Source: Phycisphaerae bacterium (GTDB taxonomy: Bacteria; Planctomycetota; Phycisphaerae; SM23-33). Taken from it: a stretch of DNA of 64,000 nucleotides. The position numbers and the translations under genes were made by a program. Location of the stretch: the NCBI GenBank assembly GCA_041687095.1, contig JAWLCQ010000006.1:2965-66964 (forward strand). Direction: 5' to 3'. The notes beneath the pieces were generated by a model, which was not told the origin of the DNA, ran no database searches, and saw only the letters and a program-made list of their open reading frames with translations. Of the stretch, positions 1 through 6,785 are shown piece after piece (position 1 is the first letter of the stretch; each line of letters starts with the position of its first letter).

Positions 1-2
1 CG

Positions 3-647
3 TTGGCGGGGCGCGAGGTCAGCATCGTCAGCGAGGTCGCGGGCACGACGCGGGACTGGGTCCGCGAACTCGCCCTCCTCGACGGATTGCCCGTGTGGCT
101 CACCGACACGGCCGGGATCTGGCGGGAGCGTGGGGGCTCGCCTTTGGAGTGCGGCGGTTCACCGCCGCACTCCAAAGCAGCGCACTCGCAAGACGCGCGA
201 TCCCAAGACGCACACTCGCCGGACGCCCTGTCCCCCGACGCCCTCCGCGCCGAGGTGGACGCCGAGTCCGTCCGCCGCTCCCGCGCCCGCGCCGGCACCG
301 CGGACCTGGTCCTGCTGCTGCAGCCCGGCGGGCCGATCGAGCTTCCCCCCTGGCTGCGGGACGCCCGCGTGCTCCGCGTGTCCACGCAGTGCGACCGTCT
401 CCCCCCCTCGGACGACGCCGACGCGGCCGTCTCGGCCGTCACGGGCGAGGGGCTCGACGAGCTGCGGCGGAGGGTCCGAGAGGCACTGGGCGTGGCGGGG
501 TTCGACGCGTCGCGGGGCGCGGCGTTCACGGAGCGGCAGCGCTCGCTGTTGGAGGCAGCGGCCGATGCGCTGCAGCGCGGGGATGCGGGGAAGGCACAGG
601 CACTGCTCGTGGAGTTGCTGGAAGGCGGCGATACCCTGCGCTCGTGA
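3..647 (+). CDS. mnmE: tRNA-modification GTPase MnmE/TrmE-like, G-domain and C-terminal helical region; 5' partial at window edge and apparently 3'-truncated (no C-terminal CxGK motif)
   Basis: The translation carries the G2 motif 'AGTTRD' and G3 motif 'DTAG', plus 'ADLVLLL' and 'TGEGLDELRRRV'. The tail 'FTERQRSLLEAAADALQRGDAGKAQALLVELL' matches the MnmE C-terminal helix, but the ORF stops about 35 aa before the expected ...CIGK end. A low-complexity insert 'HSKAAHSQDARSQDAHSPDALSPDAL' lies between G3 and G4. Family-A repeat copies follow immediately. Confidence 0.6.
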   Translation: MAGREVSIVSEVAGTTRDWVRELALLDGLPVWLTDTAGIWRERGGSPLECGGSPPHSKAAHSQDARSQDAHSPDALSPDALRAEVDAESVRRSRARAGTADLVLLLQPGGPIELPPWLRDARVLRVSTQCDRLPPSDDADAAVSAVTGEGLDELRRRVREALGVAGFDASRGAAFTERQRSLLEAAADALQRGDAGKAQALLVELLEGGDTLRS

Positions 648-660
648 TCCCCGTGCAGTG

Positions 661-707
661 TCGATTGGACGTGGTTGCTCCGCTGCGCTCCGCAAATCAC
701 GCGGCAC
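661..707 (+). repeat. Partial core of MITE-like repeat family A (core GACGTGGTTGCTCCGCTGCGCTCCGCAAAYCACGGCAC)
   Basis: This stretch is near-identical to cores at 898-948, 4524-4572 (reverse) and 33650-33700. A further degenerate core fragment lies at 763-785. Confidence 0.6.
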
Positions 708-882
708 TCGCGCGTCGGGCTGCGCATCGGCCGCGCCGCGGCGAGCCGCGCCGCTCCGCAGACCACGGCGCCCGCGCTCCATGGACATCTGCCTGCCCAT
801 CCCCATTCCCCTGCATCCCCTGCATCCCTGCCTGCTTCTGAGGAATGCGGACACGGTGCGCAGGGGAGTGCGACCGGAGGTC

Positions 883-987
883 ATACGCATCCCAGGTGAT
901 TCTCGGGCAGCGTCGGTCTGACGTGGTTGCTCCGCTGCGCTCCGCAAACCACGGCACCCGCCCGCGAACCAAGTGGAACGCGTATCA
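883..987 (+). mobile_element. MITE-like element, family A, full-length copy (~105 bp) with imperfect 11-bp terminal inverted repeats (ATACGCATCCC ... GGAACGCGTAT)
   Basis: It is about 90 % identical over ~103 bp to 33631-33733. The imperfect terminal inverted repeat (TIR) is read directly from the sequence. No ORF is present. Its 3' end overlaps the uvrD-family stop codon at 985-987. Confidence 0.5.
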
Positions 988-3246
988 GACCTCTTCGGGG
1001 ATCTCCAGGTGGGTGTAGGCGGCGACGATGGTTTTCTCGCCCAGGTGGGGGAAGAGGATCTTCACCCGCGTGTCGGGCCACGGTTGGGAGATGCTCGTCA
1101 CCTTCCCGATCCCGAACTTCGGATGGCGGACGAGGCACCCGACGCGGAGGTGCTCGTACTCGGGCGGGAAGGACGTGTCGGGCGGGGGCAGGTCGTCGAA
1201 GTCGGGGCGCGGACCGGCGGCGGATTCGATGGCGGAGCGGTCGTCCGCGTCGGCGTAGAAGCCCCCGGCGCGGTGGCGGAGTGCGGAGAAGCCTCGCGCC
1301 CCGCCCGCCCAGCCGCAGTCCTGCTCCTCCACGCCCTCGCCCTCCAGTTCGCTCAGGAAGCGGGACTCGGACTGGGACTCGCTGACCCCCCGCCGCCGCC
1401 GCATGCGGGCGCAGGAGATCGTCAGTTCGTCCATCGCCCGCGTCATGCCCACGAAGGCGAGCCGCCGCTCCTCCTCGATGTGGTCATGGTCGTCCCCGCC
1501 CTCGTCGAACCGCTGCATGGGCAGCAGCCCCTCCTCCCAGCCGATGACGAACACGACGGGGAATTCCAGGCCCTTGGCGGCGTGGAGGGTCATGAGGGTG
1601 ACGGCCCCGGCGGTCCCTTCGAGGTGGTCCACGTCTGAGATCAGCGAGACCTGGTAGAGGTAGTCCGCCAGCGAGGCGCCCGGGGACATCTCGTCGAACT
1701 CGGCCGCCTGGGAGCGGAGTTCCTCGACGTTGGACAGGGGGCGGTCGCCCTCCTTCTCGCGGGCCTGCTCCAGCGCCTGCTGGAGGCCGCTGCGCTCGAT
1801 GACCTGCTGCATGAGTTCGGCCACCCCGACGTGCAGGGACGCGCGGAACGAATCGATCATCTGCGCGAACGCCAGCACCTTGCCCGCGGCCGCGTTGCCC
1901 AGCCCCGTCTCGGGGGCGCGGCGGGCGGCGTCGAGGACAGACACGCCGCGGGTGCGGGCATAGTCGGCGAGGCGGTTCACCGTCGTCGCCCCGATCCCGC
2001 GGGGAGGCGTGTTGATGACCCGCAGGCAGCTCAGGTCGTCGACGGGGTTGACGAGAAGGCGGAGGTAGGCGATGACGTCCTTGATCTCCTTGCGGTTGTA
2101 GAACTCGACACCGCGGGCGATGCGGTACGGGACGCCCGCGCGGATGAGTTCTTCCTCGATGACGCGGGAGAGGGAGTTAATGCGGTAGAAGATGGCGATA
2201 TCGTCATAGTCGCGGCCCTCGTTGCGGGCGGCGGCGATGCGCCGGGAGAGTTCGCGGGCCTCGGCGTGCTCGTCGGCGCAGCGGACAACGTGGACGTTCC
2301 GCCCCCCCTCCCGCCGCGTCCACAGCCGCTTGTCCTTCCGCTGGAGGTTGTGGGCGATGAGGCGGGAGGCGCCTTCCAGGACGGGCCGCGTGGAGCGGTA
2401 GTTCTCCTCGAGGCGGACGACCTTGGCGTGGGGGTAGTCCTGCTCGAACTCGAGGATGTTGCGGATGTCCGCGCCCCGCCAGGCGTAGATGCTCTGGTCC
2501 GGGTCGCCCGTCGCGCAGAGGTTCTCGTGCTCCGACGCCAGCCCATGCGCCAGGATGTACTGCGCGCGGTTGGTGTCCTGGTACTCGTCGATGAGGATGA
2601 ACTGGTAGCGGTTGGAGAGCCCCACGCGGATGTCGGGGCGGGTGCGGAGCAGGAAGCACGTCCGCAGCAGCAGGTCGTCGAAGTCCAGGGCGTTGCGGGT
2701 GCGGAGGAGGCGTTCGTACTGCTCGTAGGCCTTGGCGACCTGGCGGGAGACGAAGTCCTCAGCGTGCTCGGCGAAGGCGGAGGCGGTCTGCAGGTCGTTC
2801 TTGGCGTTGGAGATCACCGAGTGGACGCGGGAGGGAATGAGGGACTGGGGGGGCAGCTCGGCGAGTTCCATGGCCTCCTTGAGGGTGCGGAGTTGGTCGT
2901 CGCGGTCGTAGATGGAAAAGTCGCCCAGGAGCTGGGCCTCGGCGGCGAACTCGCGGAGCAGCCGGGCGCACAGCGAATGGAACGTGCCGACGGTCGATCC
3001 TCGCGGGGCCCCGAGGGCTTCGACGCGGCGGGCCATCTCGCCCGCGGCCTTGTTGGTGAAGGTGATCGCCAGGATGCTCCAGGGCGCCACGCCCTGCTGG
3101 ATGAGGTAGGCGATGCGGCGGGTGATGACGCGGGTCTTGCCGGACCCCGCCCCGGCGAGGACGAGCAGCGGGCCTTCGACGTGCATCACAGCTTCGCGCT
3201 GGGGGTCGTTCAGATCGGCAAAAATATCCAAGCGGGCACACTCCAT
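985..3246 (-). CDS. ATP-dependent DNA helicase, UvrD/PcrA/Rep family
   Basis: It has the Walker A motif 'AGAGSGKTRV' and helicase motifs ('ITFTNKAAGEM', 'ILIDEYQDTN', 'ATGDPDQSIYAWRGA', 'LEENYRS', 'VTLMTLHAAKGLEFP'). The likely start is the ATG at 3246 (MECARLDIFADLNDPQREAV...). The antisense ORF 1831-3528 is spurious. Confidence 0.9.
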   Translation of the reverse strand: MECARLDIFADLNDPQREAVMHVEGPLLVLAGAGSGKTRVITRRIAYLIQQGVAPWSILAITFTNKAAGEMARRVEALGAPRGSTVGTFHSLCARLLREFAAEAQLLGDFSIYDRDDQLRTLKEAMELAELPPQSLIPSRVHSVISNAKNDLQTASAFAEHAEDFVSRQVAKAYEQYERLLRTRNALDFDDLLLRTCFLLRTRPDIRVGLSNRYQFILIDEYQDTNRAQYILAHGLASEHENLCATGDPDQSIYAWRGADIRNILEFEQDYPHAKVVRLEENYRSTRPVLEGASRLIAHNLQRKDKRLWTRREGGRNVHVVRCADEHAEARELSRRIAAARNEGRDYDDIAIFYRINSLSRVIEEELIRAGVPYRIARGVEFYNRKEIKDVIAYLRLLVNPVDDLSCLRVINTPPRGIGATTVNRLADYARTRGVSVLDAARRAPETGLGNAAAGKVLAFAQMIDSFRASLHVGVAELMQQVIERSGLQQALEQAREKEGDRPLSNVEELRSQAAEFDEMSPGASLADYLYQVSLISDVDHLEGTAGAVTLMTLHAAKGLEFPVVFVIGWEEGLLPMQRFDEGGDDHDHIEEERRLAFVGMTRAMDELTISCARMRRRRGVSESQSESRFLSELEGEGVEEQDCGWAGGARGFSALRHRAGGFYADADDRSAIESAAGPRPDFDDLPPPDTSFPPEYEHLRVGCLVRHPKFGIGKVTSISQPWPDTRVKILFPHLGEKTIVAAYTHLEIPEEV

Positions 3247-3321
3247 GCGGTCGGGGAATCCGAGTCCATTCCGCACCGGATGCGGGGCCAACGCCGCCGC
3301 CCGGTGGTCTCCAGCTTCCGT

Positions 3322-3533
3322 AACCGTTCACGCCTATGCACGCGGCGACAGGAGCCTGAAGAAACAGCCGGAGAGAAGGGGATTACACAGATTTCAGGAT
3401 TCCGCAGAAGAGAGAGAAGAGCGATGTTCTCCTTCTCCGTAATCTGCGCAATCTCATCATCTGCGAAATCCCTTTCTTCGGGGCTGTTTCTTCTCTTCAC
3501 GCCTTCGCTGCTGTCTGCGAGGGCGTGAACGGT
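3322..3533. repeat. Inverted-repeat-bounded noncoding element (~210 bp) with nested internal inverted repeats (IRs)
   Basis: The outer IR is GTAACCGTTCACGCC (3322-3336) against GGCGTGAACGGTTAC (3519-3533). An inner IR is GAAGAAACAGCC against GGCTGTTTCTTC. A hairpin CACGCCTTCGC..GCGAGGGCGTG at 3491-3525 also occurs at 50651-50683. A motif GGGATTACACAGATTTCA recurs at 9662-9690 as GGGATCACACAGATCTCA. Confidence 0.5.
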
Positions 3534-3696
3534 TACCAGCCCCCATTATGACGCATCGGGCCGATCGGTTCCATGGGCTCCCTTGCTAAAGCCCCGCCGC
3601 CACGGGCCGATGTAATCACTGTGAGCACAAGGGAGTGCCGCGAGGGCAACGGAGTGGCCCCACCGACGACCGTTGAACCGGGAAACCACAGCATCC

Positions 3697-4275
3697 ATGC
3701 ACACCGCACGCCATAGAGACGTACTGACCACCGGAGAGGTCGCTCAGATCTGCCGCGTCGCCCCGCGCACCGTGAGCAAGTGGTTCGATACGGGCACGCT
3801 CAAGGGTTACCGCATCCCGGGCTCGCGAGACCGGCGGATCCCCCGCGGCGAACTCATCGCCTTCATGCGGGAGCACGGCATGCCCCTGGAGGGGCTGGAC
3901 GGCGGGAGTTGCCGCGTCCTGTTCGTCGGGGACCCGCTGCCCGCGGATCTGCTCGCCGCCGCCGACGCCACCGGCCGCTACGCCGCCCACCGGGCCGGCA
4001 ACGGGTTCGAGGCCGGCGTCCTCGCCGAGCAGATCCACCCCCACGCCGTCGTCCTCCTCCTCGGGCCCGACCCCGACGACGCCCTGGCCCTCTGCCACAA
4101 CGTCAAGTCCAGCGACGCCTTCGCCTCCGCGGGCGTGGTCGCGCTCGTCCCACAGGGGATGGAGATGCGGCCCCAGTGGCGGGCACAGGGAGGCTTCGAC
4201 GCGGTCGTCGCCTGGCCCTGCGAGTTCCGACAGCTCGCGGCGGCCATCGAGAGCGTCACGAATCTGATCGCCTAG
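3697..4275 (+). CDS. DNA-binding protein with an excisionase/MerR-type HTH fused to a degenerate receiver-like (pseudo-REC) domain
   Basis: The N-terminus 'LTTGEVAQICRVAPRTVSKWFDTGTLKGYRIPGSRDRRIPRGELIAFM' matches the excisionase-family HTH pattern. The C-terminal half has a receiver-like alternation ('RVLFVGD', 'VVLLLGPD', 'VVALVP') but lacks the canonical phosphoacceptor context and the conserved Lys. The start is uncertain: ATG at 3697 or TTG at 3673. Confidence 0.6.
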   Translation: MHTARHRDVLTTGEVAQICRVAPRTVSKWFDTGTLKGYRIPGSRDRRIPRGELIAFMREHGMPLEGLDGGSCRVLFVGDPLPADLLAAADATGRYAAHRAGNGFEAGVLAEQIHPHAVVLLLGPDPDDALALCHNVKSSDAFASAGVVALVPQGMEMRPQWRAQGGFDAVVAWPCEFRQLAAAIESVTNLIA

Positions 4276-4488
4276 ATCCGCGGGTCGTTTCGGAGGGAGC
4301 CGGGCCTCCCCCCCGCCTCGCGCGGGGGCCGCCCGGACCGAGCGGCCCGCTGTTTCGGGAGCACCCGCACAATCGGGTGCGTGCAGCGGACACCTGCCAT
4401 GGGCCCGGGGCCGAGGTTGCCCCCCGTCCCGCGGCCACGCAGGAACTACTCGGGCGGCTGCCACGGCGGCCGCCCGCGTTGTTTCCAT

Positions 4489-4623
4489 GCCCCCCTACCG
4501 CTCCACCGAACTCGCCCGTGCGGGTGCCGTGGCTTGCGGAGCGCAGCGGAGCAACCACGTCCAAGCGATACGCCGCCGGAACCGCCCGGCCTCACGCCCC
4601 CCTACCGCTCCACCGAACTCGCC
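4489..4623 (-). mobile_element. MITE-like family A copy in reverse orientation; core 4524-4572 flanked on both sides by a 28-bp direct repeat
   Basis: The reverse complement of 4524-4572 matches the family-A core. A 28-bp sequence GCCCCCCTACCGCTCCACCGAACTCGCC occurs identically at 4489-4516 and 4596-4623. It corresponds to the diverged 3' tail of the element, so it is either a tail duplication or a long TSD-like repeat. Its 3' part overlaps the end of the amidase ORF. Confidence 0.5.
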
Positions 4624-5291
4624 ACCGGGGCCTTCGCCCGCAGCACCCCACGCAGCTTGCCGTGCACGTACGCGTGCAGCGCGTCGCCCGGGCACTCGGT
4701 GCGCGCCCCCGGGGCGTCGCGGTGGCCGATCACCCGCTCCGGGGGGATCCCGTACCGCTCCGCCAGATACCGCACCAGCTTGTGCAGCGAGGCGAGCTGC
4801 TTCTCGCTCGGCAGCCGCCGCCGGAAATCGCCCACCACGCACACGCCGATCCCGTAGTCGTTGTACTCGTTGTCCGGCGTCCCGCCGGTATGCGCCCCCC
4901 ACTTCTGCCCCGCCCACCGCGACCCCACCTGCACGCAGCCATCGGCCGCGTCACAGCCGTTGGGAATCACGAAGTGGTAGCCCAGCTCGTCCCACCCCCG
5001 CCCGCGGTGCATGGCGTCGAAGATCGCCGCGTCGCCGCGCTCCGTCGCGCTGTGATGGACGACGATGAACCGCCACGGCCGCTTGCCCTCGGGGATCCAC
5101 TCGGCGGGCACGTCGGGGCCGGAGGAGACGCGGGGGGCGGGGCGATGCAGGAGCACCTCCACGGGCGGTGCGGGCACGTGGGGCACGGGCAGCTCGTCGA
5201 GCGGATCGAACGGGGGGAGATCCGCGAGGTGGGTCAGGGGTTGCGGCGCGCACGAAACCGCCAGTCCAGCGAACACAGCCAGGCCAAGCAT
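4602..5291 (-). CDS. N-acetylmuramoyl-L-alanine amidase (Amidase_2/PGRP/AmpD-like), probable lipoprotein
   Basis: It has 'FIVVHHSAT...GYHFVI...GAHTGG...NDYGIGVCVVGDF...IGHRD...ECPG', typical of zinc amidase_2. There is an N-terminal signal with a Cys ('MLGLAVFAGLAVSCA'). The start is taken at the ATG at 5291; the ORF extends upstream only as an Arg-rich artefact. Confidence 0.8.
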   Translation of the reverse strand: MLGLAVFAGLAVSCAPQPLTHLADLPPFDPLDELPVPHVPAPPVEVLLHRPAPRVSSGPDVPAEWIPEGKRPWRFIVVHHSATERGDAAIFDAMHRGRGWDELGYHFVIPNGCDAADGCVQVGSRWAGQKWGAHTGGTPDNEYNDYGIGVCVVGDFRRRLPSEKQLASLHKLVRYLAERYGIPPERVIGHRDAPGARTECPGDALHAYVHGKLRGVLRAKAPVASSVER

Positions 5292-5340
5292 ACCCAGTCG
5301 AATCACGTCACTCCTCCGCCAAGAACGACCTTCGGGCATT

Positions 5341-6219
5341 CTACCGCGGGGCCCCGGGGAGGACCAAGAGATCCCGCATCTCGTCCAGCGACCGCACGAC
5401 GCGCACGCCCGCCCCCGCCTCCGCATCGGGGGCCAGCAGGTACACCGGCCGCCGTGCCCGCCGCGCGTAGTCCTCCGCCCGCGCCGCGCTCGTCGTCAGC
5501 AGCGCCGCGTCCTCCCCGCGTCCCGTCGCGCGCAGCAGCCACGCCGCCACCCGCACCGCCGCCATCCTGTCGTCCTTCCCCTGCCTTTCCTCAAGCATCA
5601 CGGGCACGAAGGGCGGGGACTCGCGCGTCGGGACACTGCGGATGGCGGTGCGGAAGGAGGCGTAGGCTTCCGGCGGGCCGGGATGAACGATGACGAGGTG
5701 CACGTCGCGTGCGGCGAGTTCGGCGGCGAAGCGGGCGAACGCGCGGGCGTCCTGCTCCAGCAGCACGCCCGCCGCCGCATCGTCGAGCAGGAGCACCCGC
5801 GGCCCGGGGGGGATGAGCTGCAGGACGGCGGCGTCCGTGCGGAACGCCAGCGGGCCGTACGGGACGCCCAGCGCGGTCATCGGGGCGATTCCGGGATCAA
5901 TGTCCTGGATTTCGAGGTACTCCACATACTTGAAGTCGTCCATCAAACGGGGCGGAGCAGTGCCGATCGCAACCGCCATGGACGCTCCGCGATTCCCCGT
6001 CGCCCCAGGAGATCTGTACGCATGCACCTGATACCAGCCCTTCTCCGCCAGCCCGAACACGTGGTCGGGCAGGACGATCTGTTCGGCGGGGGCGGTGGTG
6101 AGGCGGGCGGTGCTGGCGAAGGCGACGACTCCCGCCACCGCCACCGCCGCCGCCGTCATGCACAGCAGCCCCCAGCGGGACAGCAGGCCCAGCACGATCT
6201 TGAGGGGTTCGGTCTCCAT
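5341..6219 (-). CDS. Hypothetical membrane-anchored protein (N-terminal TM helix), co-directional with the amidase
   Basis: It starts 'METEPLKIVLGLLSRWGLLCMTAAAVAVAGVVAFAS' at the ATG at 6219, has high GC3 and is 50 bp upstream of the amidase gene. I recognise no family. Confidence 0.5.
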   Translation of the reverse strand: METEPLKIVLGLLSRWGLLCMTAAAVAVAGVVAFASTARLTTAPAEQIVLPDHVFGLAEKGWYQVHAYRSPGATGNRGASMAVAIGTAPPRLMDDFKYVEYLEIQDIDPGIAPMTALGVPYGPLAFRTDAAVLQLIPPGPRVLLLDDAAAGVLLEQDARAFARFAAELAARDVHLVIVHPGPPEAYASFRTAIRSVPTRESPPFVPVMLEERQGKDDRMAAVRVAAWLLRATGRGEDAALLTTSAARAEDYARRARRPVYLLAPDAEAGAGVRVVRSLDEMRDLLVLPGAPR

Positions 6220-6338
6220 CCCCCCATCCTGCCGAGTGCGCGGCCCGGGAGCAAGAGGGGCGCAGCCGATTTTCCGTGGGAACCTGGCGAGTCCCCGCAC
6301 CCGCTGGCTGCGCCCCAAATCCGAAATCCCAAACGGGC

Positions 6339-6611
6339 CACAGAGACGCGGAGACGCAGAGGGAGAGGGAGTTGCGGATCGTCGTGTGCGAGGCACAGGG
6401 CGAGGTCCCGGGGGCAATGGGCTTCGGGCGCTGCGCCAAAAGGGCGAGCAGAGGGGGGCTCTCGCAGTAGACCCGGACGCGGCTTGCCTTTTGGCGCGAC
6501 GCCTCCCGCTCGGGGAGGCCCCGGACCCGCCCTCAATCCCGAACACGCTGTCAACGCCCGGAAGAGCAGTTTCCAGAACACCCTCTTCTCTGCGTCTCCG
6601 CGCCTCTGCGG
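6339..6611. repeat. Nested palindromic element (~270 bp) in the divergent intergenic region upstream of mutS2
   Basis: The outer IR is CACAGAGACGCGGAGACGCAGAGGGAGAGGG (6339-6370) against CCCTCTTCTCTGCGTCTCCGCGCCTCTGCGG (6581-6611). The inner IR is GGCGCTGCGCCAAAAGGGCGAGC against GCTTGCCTTTTGGCGCGACGCC. An AAATCCGAAATCCCAAAC motif at ~6300 recurs at 17945-18137. Confidence 0.5.
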
Positions 6612-6785
6612 CCCATTCTTCAGGGGCCCGATGTGCAGTTCCGCCCTGGAGGGAGAGCGTCCGAATGCCTGCCATCGCCGCACACCGCTGGGGGCCCGGC
6701 GATCGCAAGCGTCCGCCCGGGTTTTCCCCATACCCCTCCCGTGGGGGGATGGGCTATAATAGCGGGACCCTATAGAGAGCCGTTT

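Noticed and set aside
1831-3528. Long antisense ORFs (1831-3528+, 6792-9839-, 10109-11968+, 10149-11819-, 13968-16934+, 37896-41471+, 41443-49530+, 49409-53068-, 62434-63498- and many others)
   Set aside because: Each lies opposite a gene with clear family motifs. They translate to Arg/Gly/Pro/Ala-rich low-complexity strings typical of stop-codon-poor frames in ~70 % GC DNA. They show no start context, RBS or recognisable domain.
3673-4275. Prophage or integrative element suggested by the excisionase-family HTH
   Set aside because: There is no integrase, recombinase, tRNA attachment site or phage structural gene within reach. The HTH is fused to a receiver-like domain, which fits a regulator rather than a phage Xis.
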